Virus record (IMG/VR): IMGVR_UViG_3300008250_000003
Length of the DNA stretch: 7,754 bases
Strand: one strand, 5' to 3'
Source of the DNA: a virus
Shown: piece after piece, positions 1 through 4,972 of the stretch
Position numbering within the stretch: the stretch's first letter is position 1
Layout: every line of letters starts with the position of its first letter
Program-made: the position numbers and the translations under genes
Notes under the pieces: generated by a model
The model's database searches: none
What the model was told of the DNA's origin: nothing
The model's input: the letters and a program-made list of their open reading frames with translations, nothing else

Positions 1-123
1 AATGAAAGCTTCGGCTGTTGCGGCTTCTGTTGGTACTTCTGTTAGTGCTTTCGCTGTTGATCATTCAACTGCAATTACCGCGGCTGGTACTGACGGAACA
101 ACAAACACAAGTGCGGCTGTTGT
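1..123. repeat. Terminal redundancy: identical to 7632-7754 (circular-genome overlap, unit length 7631 bp)
   Basis: Base-by-base comparison of nt 1-123 with 7632-7754 shows identity along the whole overlap. The gene split by the window ends is restored when the ends are joined. Confidence 0.95.
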
Positions 124-190
124 AGCTGTTCTAGGTATCGCGGCTGTTGTTACAGGTGTTGGCATTGTTTATCGCTTATTAACTAAGTAA
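1..190 (+). CDS. Major coat protein (pVIII-type), 3' part; the 5' part of the same gene is at 7609-7754
   Basis: In frame from nt 2, stop TAA 188-190. Joined product: MKIFKSWKMKASAVAASVGTSVSAFA / VDHSTAITAAGTDGTTNTSAAVVAVLGIAAVVTGVGIVYRLLTK. It has a signal peptide with an AFA cleavage motif. The predicted 44-aa mature protein has an acidic N-terminus, a hydrophobic core and a basic C-terminus (R, K), the classic inovirus coat layout. Confidence 0.85.
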   Translation, partial: MKASAVAASVGTSVSAFAVDHSTAITAAGTDGTTNTSAAVVAVLGIAAVVTGVGIVYRLLTK

Positions 191-255
191 TAACGTGCTT
201 ACCTCAATTATGTTTGCATCTATTTTTACATACTGTTTTATCGAGGGCTTTTCGA

Positions 256-2016
256 GTGGAATTCGTAGTTCATAATAATTGCAAAAACATAACATTAAAG
301 GCGACTTTCATAGTCGTTTTTTTTGCTTCATTTTTTGCCAATGCTGAAATTGATTATTCTAAATTAACCGCTAAGTCTCCAAAGGTGGAACAGCTTGACG
401 GTATTACTGGGGTTACTAATGTTGGTTTTAATTATTTGGTTGGTGGTCCTTTAAGTGGCTTTGATGTTGCCGCCACTTGTAAGGCTTCTTATACCGAAAG
501 TTCAACCTTAAAAAACCTTACTGGTGAATGGGAATTGGTAGAAGAATTTAATGAGTTTGATAAAAGATATGCGGCCACGTGTGTTTATGACCATTGGGAC
601 AATTGGGGTGGTCCTCACTATGTTCAAACAAATAGAATCCCTTTGTTTTATGCCGATACTTCAACACGTACTTTTAAATTTTGTCCTCCTGATAATGCAC
701 CTGATTTTACTCATGCAACTTACAACGATGATGGAGAGCCTGATTTTTGTTATAGCTTAAAAGAAATGCAAGAGCTTTTAGAGCATGAGGCTTATCTAGA
801 TGAAATTAACGGTAATTGCGATAATTTGGTTTTAGATGCAGGAAATAATTCTGCTCAAGATATGTGTATGACTTCTCCCAATGGAACATCATGTAATGTT
901 GAAAAAGTTACTACAAATTATGGTGGTTCTAATTTTACTTATTACCAAGGTACAACGGCTGAAGTTTTAGGCTGTTCAAGTTCTGATAAACCTGATTTTG
1001 ATAGAGATGGAATAGGAAGTACATCAGACGGTTGTTTTACTGATAATTCAAAAAATTATTGTGAAGCAAAAAAAGAGGATAAATGCCTTTCGCCTAACGG
1101 TGTTGAAGTTTGCGATGATGGATGCCTTGAAACTGCTGATGGTTTCTTTTGTGATACTGATTTACACCCCCCTGAAACTTCTGATAATTCTGATTACTTT
1201 GATACAAATGGAACTTGTACTGTTGTTGCAGGCTCAGCGTATAAAGGAGCTTGTGAGGATTTAGGCGGAATTTGGGAAAAAACGGCTGATTATACTAATA
1301 CGTCCTGCCCTTCGACTTCAATAGCAGGAACATGTTCTGTTACTACTGGTGGAGGTTGTTTTGCTTGTCTTGATGTTGGTGGAACTTGGACACCTGATCC
1401 AAATGCAGTTCTAAGCAATGCTGAAAAAGGTATTCAAGATGTAGCAAGTCTTACTCAAGCAACAAATGATAAATTAACTGTTTTAGAACTTACCCAAAGA
1501 AAAGGAAATGAAGCACTTTTAGCGGCAACTGACTCAGGAAATAAAAAAGTATTAGATAAATTAATACAAATAACGGGTAAAGGTGAAGGGGGCTTAGGTG
1601 GTATATCTAAACGATTAGACGGGATAAAAGAAGCAATTGAAAATCAGACTTCAGGCCCATCAACTCCTGATGAAACTCCTGAACAGGAAAAATATACAAC
1701 CACAACACAAGATACTAATAAATCATTAATGAATTCACTTTTTGATGCTTCTCAAGTTGCCGAAGTTAAAGCGGCCTCTGAAGTTTTAAAGACTGATATT
1801 AAAACTTTTGTTAGTTCATCTAAGTCTGAACTTTACGCATTATTAACGATAACAGCCCCTACATCTTCTGGTTATTCTTCTCGAAGTGTCGATTTAAAAG
1901 GCTCAACTTTTGACTTGTCATTAAATCGTATGTCTGACTTTTTTAGCTTGCTTGCAGGTCCTGTAATGTTGCTTTGTTCAATCATTGCTTTATTCATAAT
2001 TTTAGGGAAAGACTAA
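256..2016 (+). CDS. pIII-type minor coat / host-adsorption protein, Cys-rich (start uncertain: GTG 256 preferred, TTG 214 is the longest ORF)
   Basis: Largest ORF, directly after the coat gene. There is no in-frame ATG before the signal peptide KATFIVVFFASFFANA/EIDY. GTG 256 has GAGGG (243-247) 8 nt upstream; TTG 214 has no SD. The ectodomain carries 20 Cys, followed by a Gly-rich linker (GKGEGGLGGIS), a Ser/Thr/Pro-rich stretch and a C-terminal membrane anchor (FFSLLAGPVMLLCSIIALFIILGKD), as in pIII/OrfU. Confidence 0.8.
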   Translation: MEFVVHNNCKNITLKATFIVVFFASFFANAEIDYSKLTAKSPKVEQLDGITGVTNVGFNYLVGGPLSGFDVAATCKASYTESSTLKNLTGEWELVEEFNEFDKRYAATCVYDHWDNWGGPHYVQTNRIPLFYADTSTRTFKFCPPDNAPDFTHATYNDDGEPDFCYSLKEMQELLEHEAYLDEINGNCDNLVLDAGNNSAQDMCMTSPNGTSCNVEKVTTNYGGSNFTYYQGTTAEVLGCSSSDKPDFDRDGIGSTSDGCFTDNSKNYCEAKKEDKCLSPNGVEVCDDGCLETADGFFCDTDLHPPETSDNSDYFDTNGTCTVVAGSAYKGACEDLGGIWEKTADYTNTSCPSTSIAGTCSVTTGGGCFACLDVGGTWTPDPNAVLSNAEKGIQDVASLTQATNDKLTVLELTQRKGNEALLAATDSGNKKVLDKLIQITGKGEGGLGGISKRLDGIKEAIENQTSGPSTPDETPEQEKYTTTTQDTNKSLMNSLFDASQVAEVKAASEVLKTDIKTFVSSSKSELYALLTITAPTSSGYSSRSVDLKGSTFDLSLNRMSDFFSLLAGPVMLLCSIIALFIILGKD

Positions 2017-2017
2017 T

Positions 2018-2416
2018 ATGAAAATTTTAATACTTGTTGTTTTAATGTTTCCTGTTTTTGTGCTTGCTGATACTTATCAGGATGCGGCAGGAACGTCCCA
2101 AATGATTGCAGATGGTTTTGATGATTTATGGGTTTTTCTTTTTACAGATACCCCAAACATGATGCAAAGATTTATGGCTTATTTGTTAGAACTTTGGGTA
2201 CAAATGAAACTCATTGCTTACTACGAATTTATTAAATTATCTTACAACATCGCTAAGGTTATTTTAGAAGATCTCAATGTTATGTCTGTGATTGCTTCTA
2301 ATATGACTTTGCTCCCACAAGATGTAAGACAAATGTTAGTTGAAACGCGCCTTTTTGATGGGGTTAATCTTCTGATTCAAGCTTATGCAACCAAATTTGT
2401 AATGAGGATTGTCTGA
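2018..2416 (+). CDS. pVI/Ace-like small membrane protein (minor coat or assembly protein preceding zot)
   Basis: 132 aa. ATG lies 1 nt after the pIII stop, and its own stop overlaps the zot ATG (TGATG). It has a hydrophobic N-terminus (MKILILVVLMFPVFVLA) and further hydrophobic helices. The position is the same as ace/gVI in Vibrio-type inoviruses. Family assignment is positional. Confidence 0.55.
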   Translation: MKILILVVLMFPVFVLADTYQDAAGTSQMIADGFDDLWVFLFTDTPNMMQRFMAYLLELWVQMKLIAYYEFIKLSYNIAKVILEDLNVMSVIASNMTLLPQDVRQMLVETRLFDGVNLLIQAYATKFVMRIV

Positions 2417-3726
2417 TGTCTGCTTCTATTTTTCATGGTGCACCCGGCTCTTATAAATCATCAAGCGCGGTTTGGTTTGAATTACTTCCTGCTTTACGCG
2501 CTGGTCGTTTGGTTGTAACAAACATTGAAGGCATTCAGGATAAAGAATTTATTGAGCTTGAACTTGGAGAAGAATTTCCTGAAAGCGCGGATATTTGGCG
2601 TTTAAGTTCTCAGACTGATAAAGGGAAATTTCTATGGATGCGTTGGTTTTGGTGGATGCCTGTTGGGGCTTTTATCATTATTGATGAAGTTCAAGATGTA
2701 TTCCCTAATGATTCCACTGTTTTTAAACCTGTTGAACTCGATAGCAAAGGTATAGATTCATTAATAGATAAGTTACCAGAAAAGTACCACCAATATTTTT
2801 ATGAAGTTATTGAAAGTTTTAAACCTCCTGAAGACTATCGAGATGATACAGGTGAACAAATCCTCGATGAAAATGGACATATTATTTATCCCATTACTAT
2901 GCGTGAAGCAAATATGCGCCATAGAAAATATAATTGGGATCTTATCTATTGCACCCCTGAGATTACGGAAATACATAAGCTAGTTAGGTCTGTTTGTCAG
3001 TATGCCTATAAACATGTTTATAAAGAATTTCTTGAATTTATCCCTTACTACAAAAGAAGGACACGTATAAATGAACACACCCCTAAGTCTTCAGGCGAAA
3101 CAATTAAAAAGGGAGACACGACCAAGTGGCGTAAGCTCCCCCTCGAAGTGTTCAAGCTTTACCGAAGCACCTCAACAGACGAAATTACAGAGGGAAGAGG
3201 ACTTAACGCCTTTAAAGACCCTAGTCTTATTTTTGCTCTCGCCCTATTACTTCTTTGTTTCAGTTATGTCACATGGTGGGCGTTTATTAAAGAAGATAGT
3301 AAAAATCGTTTTCTCGAAGAGTCGAATTTACCTCAAGAAACCATTCAAGTTCATTCTAAGAATGCTAGGTCGTCTAGTAGTTCTGTTCCTTCTGCTAACA
3401 GCTTTCAGACTGATAATGTCAACAATCTTCCTTTAAAACTTCCATACGATGCAAGTAAGATTTATTTTACTGGTTATCAAGATGTTATTTTAAATAAGAA
3501 TAAAAAGTATAAAGAGTATTTTTTTACTTTGACTTTGGAAGAGGATGAGTTTTCTTTAAATGATTCCGATCTTCAGTATTTCGGTATTAAGGTTCATTAC
3601 ATTAATGAATGTGTAGTTGAACTATCTAGCGGTAAATATACAAAGCTCGTTTATTGCACCCCCAAGACTATTCACAAGCCATCAAAAGAAGAGTTAGTTT
3701 CTTTTTCTAATAACGAGTCCATCTAA
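2416..3726 (+). CDS. zot: Zot/pI-family phage assembly NTPase (inner-membrane morphogenesis protein)
   Basis: N-terminal Walker A HGAPGSYKSS (aa 7-16) and Walker B-like AFIIIDEVQD (aa 85-94). A single TM helix LIFALALLLLCFSYVTWWAFI (about aa 271-291) is followed by a roughly 145-aa C-terminal domain. Size and position match gene I/zot. Confidence 0.88.
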   Translation: MSASIFHGAPGSYKSSSAVWFELLPALRAGRLVVTNIEGIQDKEFIELELGEEFPESADIWRLSSQTDKGKFLWMRWFWWMPVGAFIIIDEVQDVFPNDSTVFKPVELDSKGIDSLIDKLPEKYHQYFYEVIESFKPPEDYRDDTGEQILDENGHIIYPITMREANMRHRKYNWDLIYCTPEITEIHKLVRSVCQYAYKHVYKEFLEFIPYYKRRTRINEHTPKSSGETIKKGDTTKWRKLPLEVFKLYRSTSTDEITEGRGLNAFKDPSLIFALALLLLCFSYVTWWAFIKEDSKNRFLEESNLPQETIQVHSKNARSSSSSVPSANSFQTDNVNNLPLKLPYDASKIYFTGYQDVILNKNKKYKEYFFTLTLEEDEFSLNDSDLQYFGIKVHYINECVVELSSGKYTKLVYCTPKTIHKPSKEELVSFSNNESI

Positions 3727-3854
3727 TGAAAAAACTTCTTAAACACTATCCTAACGCTTTATTTGTTTCTGGTTTAACTGCTCTTTCAGTTTTTACATAT
3801 CTTAATTTTGATTATGTATATTTTCTTTCTGCTATGAGATTGTATGGTGGTTAA
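3726..3854 (+). CDS. Small hydrophobic protein, 42 aa (not in ORF track), translationally coupled to zot
   Basis: ATG 3726-3728 overlaps the zot stop TAA 3724-3726 (TAATG). Product: MKKLLKHYPNALFVSGLTALSVFTYLNFDYVYFLSAMRLYGG, with a basic N-terminus and one predicted TM segment. Stop TAA 3852-3854 lies inside the left arm of the 3851-3909 hairpin. No strong SD; the call relies on coupling. Confidence 0.4.
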   Translation: MKKLLKHYPNALFVSGLTALSVFTYLNFDYVYFLSAMRLYGG

Positions 3855-3909
3855 TGGTACCAATAAAATACCTTATAACTGCTATAAGGTATAAATAAAG
3901 TACCATTAA
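3851..3909. repeat. Bipartite perfect hairpin/palindrome: 10-bp stem, 7x7 nt bubble, 10-bp stem, 5-nt loop
   Basis: TTAATGGTAC (3851-3860) pairs with GTACCATTAA (3900-3909). ATACCTTATA (3868-3877) pairs with TATAAGGTAT (3883-3892). The unpaired CAATAAA (3861-3867) faces AAATAAA (3893-3899), and the loop is ACTGC (3878-3882). No T-tract follows on either strand. Confidence 0.85.
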
Positions 3910-3912
3910 TGC

Positions 3913-3940
3913 TTGCACTCTTTGTTTGATTTGGTATAAT
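3913..3940 (+). promoter_or_regulatory. Sigma70-type promoter with extended -10 for the accessory two-gene cassette
   Basis: -35 TTGCAC (3913-3918), 16-nt spacer, TG at 3932-3933, -10 TATAAT (3935-3940). AAGGAG (3958-3963) and ATG 3972 follow. Confidence 0.65.
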
Positions 3941-3949
3941 GGTACCAAT
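3937..3949. promoter_or_regulatory. Candidate operator: TAATGGTACCAAT box (core palindrome TGGTACCA) overlapping the -10/+1 of the cassette promoter
   Basis: The exact 13-mer TAATGGTACCAAT occurs at 3852-3864 and 3937-3949, and an inverted copy of TTAATGGTAC lies at 3900-3909. TGGTACCA is a perfect 8-bp palindrome. Confidence 0.5.
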
Positions 3950-3971
3950 TCAAACAAAAGGAGTTTATAAA

Positions 3972-4280
3972 ATGGATAAACGAAGAGAGTTAATATCAGA
4001 ATTTAGAATAATCATTAAAGGCTTACCAAAAGTTCCTGAAGGTTCACCTTTTAAAGAGTATGAAGAGTTAGCAAGGCTTCAGTTCAATGTTACTCAAAAC
4101 TTTTTGTTAGACAATTTACATCATAGTCTTATTGCTAATGATTGTTGTGGTCGTGGTTTGCCTTCTTATCGTTATGCAAGCCTATCTAGATTGCATGGTT
4201 TTAAGATGGATGAAACCTTAGAGGCTGAGATTATGAAAGTAGCTTATTTACGCGTTAACGCATTAAATTTGGAGTCTTAA
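3972..4280 (+). CDS. Hypothetical protein, 102 aa, first gene of the accessory cassette (no family recognised)
   Basis: AAGGAG (3958-3963) lies 8 nt upstream of ATG 3972. The track start ATG 3939 lies inside the predicted -10 box and has no SD. Product: MDKRRELISEFRIIIKGLPKVPEGSPFKEYEELARLQFNVTQNF... It has no TM segment or signal peptide and looks mostly helical by eye. Confidence 0.7.
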   Translation: MDKRRELISEFRIIIKGLPKVPEGSPFKEYEELARLQFNVTQNFLLDNLHHSLIANDCCGRGLPSYRYASLSRLHGFKMDETLEAEIMKVAYLRVNALNLES

Positions 4281-4282
4281 AG

Positions 4283-4537
4283 ATGTTAGTTAAATTTCAA
4301 GCAAACGAAGAGATAGAAAAAAGTATTTTACATATTCAAAAGCGCTTGGGTGAGCAAACAGTTTCAAAAACTGTTCAGCTTGTCTTGGGTCACTACAACG
4401 AGCTTTTAAATAAGTATCAAGAAAAGTGTAATGAGTTCGATGAATTAGATAAATCTTTTAATGATGCTAGAGAGGCTTACTGTAGCAAGCTGAAAGCTGA
4501 AGAGGATTTAGAACTAATATTTTTTGATGAAAACTAA
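4283..4537 (+). CDS. Ribbon-helix-helix-like (CopG/Arc/MetJ-type) DNA-binding protein candidate with an acidic coiled-coil tail, 84 aa
   Basis: GGAG (4271-4274) lies 8 nt upstream of the ATG, which is 2 nt after the upstream stop. The N-terminus fits the RHH pattern: strand LVKFQA, helix NEEIEKSILHIQKRLG, turn, helix TVSKTVQLVLGHY. The C-terminal half is charged and helical. The fold call comes from sequence pattern only. Confidence 0.6.
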   Translation: MLVKFQANEEIEKSILHIQKRLGEQTVSKTVQLVLGHYNELLNKYQEKCNEFDELDKSFNDAREAYCSKLKAEEDLELIFFDEN

Positions 4538-4539
4538 AT

Positions 4540-4633
4540 AGTACCTTTTTAGTTTCCCAGGGTTTAATTGATTGAATTGTTTTAGTACCAAAATCGCTTT
4601 ACCGGTTTTAATCCTGGAAACCTTTTTGGTACT
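4540..4633. repeat. About 94-nt imperfect hairpin with three AGTACC boxes spaced 44 nt apart
   Basis: AGTACC at 4540-4545 and 4584-4589, GGTACT (reverse complement) at 4628-4633. Pairings: 4540-4545/4628-4633; TTTCC 4553-4557/GGAAA 4616-4620; AGG 4559-4561/CCT 4613-4615, plus further A:T pairs. An alternative perfect 10-bp pairing is AGTACCAAAA 4584-4593 with TTTTGGTACT 4624-4633. Confidence 0.65.
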
Positions 4634-4736
4634 GTTTTAAGCATCGCAGATATAAACTTTTTTGTTCTGTGGTTAGCAAATTAGCTTGCGATGTGGGAAG
4701 GGTCGAAACTGTTTAAGCTCTTGGTACATTCGAGGG

Positions 4737-4863
4737 CGCACAGTGTTAAATTGATTTGCTTTAGTGTTTATTGTGCAAAGCTTTTTATTTTTGAAAACCC
4801 CTACCGTCCTGCAAAACTTGTCTTAGTGTTTTTATTAGTGTCGCACTGTAGCAATTTGATAAG
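4737..4863. repeat. Intergenic direct repeats (iteron-like), candidate origin region
   Basis: CGCACAGTGTTAAATTGAT (4737-4755) versus CGCACTGTAGCAATTTGAT (4842-4860) gives 14/19 identity. TTAGTGTTT occurs at 4761-4769 and 4823-4831, with partial TTAGTGT at 4835-4841. Confidence 0.55.
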
Positions 4864-4894
4864 TTTTCTTTTACTATATTTTAGGCAAAAAAAT

Positions 4895-4923
4895 GGGTTG
4901 AACGTCTACCAAACATTCAACCC
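4895..4923. repeat. Stem-loop upstream of rep (8-bp perfect stem, 13-nt loop)
   Basis: GGGTTGAA (4895-4902) pairs with TTCAACCC (4916-4923). Confidence 0.6.
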
Positions 4924-4972
4924 GTTGTCTTTGCTCCTTAACACCGTCTAAAGCACCAAAGGAACCGACAAA

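Noticed and set aside
210-272. 20-codon ATG ORF (MFASIFTYCFIEGFSSGIRSS) between the coat and pIII genes as a pVII/pIX-like gene.
   Set aside because: It is too short, has no SD and does not form a convincing TM helix. It is noted only as a possible leader overlapping the pIII start.
551-760. 69-aa + strand ORF nested in the pIII-type gene; the same applies to 1061-1264.
   Set aside because: It lies out of frame inside a well-supported long CDS and has no SD. The Leu/Ile/Phe-rich product is typical of alternative frames in T-rich DNA. Treated as spurious.
2773-2983. ORFs 2773-2976 (-) and 2801-2983 (+) nested in zot.
   Set aside because: They are short, sit inside or antisense to the Zot NTPase domain coding region, and have no SD or promoter context. 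Treated as spurious.
3811-3838. dif-like core ATTATGTATATTTT resembling the TGTATA central region of enterobacterial dif; also AACATAACAT at about 283-297 resembling the XerD arm.
   Set aside because: Outside the short AT-rich core, the flanking arms match only about 4-5 (3811 site) or about 7 (283 site) of 11 positions of the XerC/XerD arm consensus as I recall it. That level is expected by chance in AT-rich DNA. Not called as attP.
3851-3909. Reading the bipartite hairpin as a rho-independent terminator for the zot operon.
   Set aside because: No T-tract follows the stems on either strand, and the structure is more elaborate than a terminator needs. It is kept as a structured element of unknown role.
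3939-3971. Upstream ATG 3939 as the start of the first cassette gene (113-aa version).
   Set aside because: ATG 3939 lies inside the predicted TATAAT -10 box and has no SD. ATG 3972 has AAGGAG at ideal spacing. The longer form would need read-through transcripts from zot.
4852-4863. TTGATA / CTTGAT motifs (4856-4861; AACTTGATTAAAT at about 6505-6517; TTCTTG at about 5073-5078) as the pC194/phiX174-type CTTGATA nick site.
   Set aside because: TTGATA-like strings occur many times across this AT-rich genome, including inside pIII and rep, so the motif alone does not discriminate. The nick site cannot be assigned without biochemical data or alignment to relatives.
4691-4951. 86-aa + strand ORF filling the large intergenic region.
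   Set aside because: It has no SD, and the product is odd and Cys/Phe/Leu-rich. The DNA is packed with direct repeats and hairpins typical of an origin or regulatory region. Not called as a gene, though translation cannot be excluded from sequence alone.
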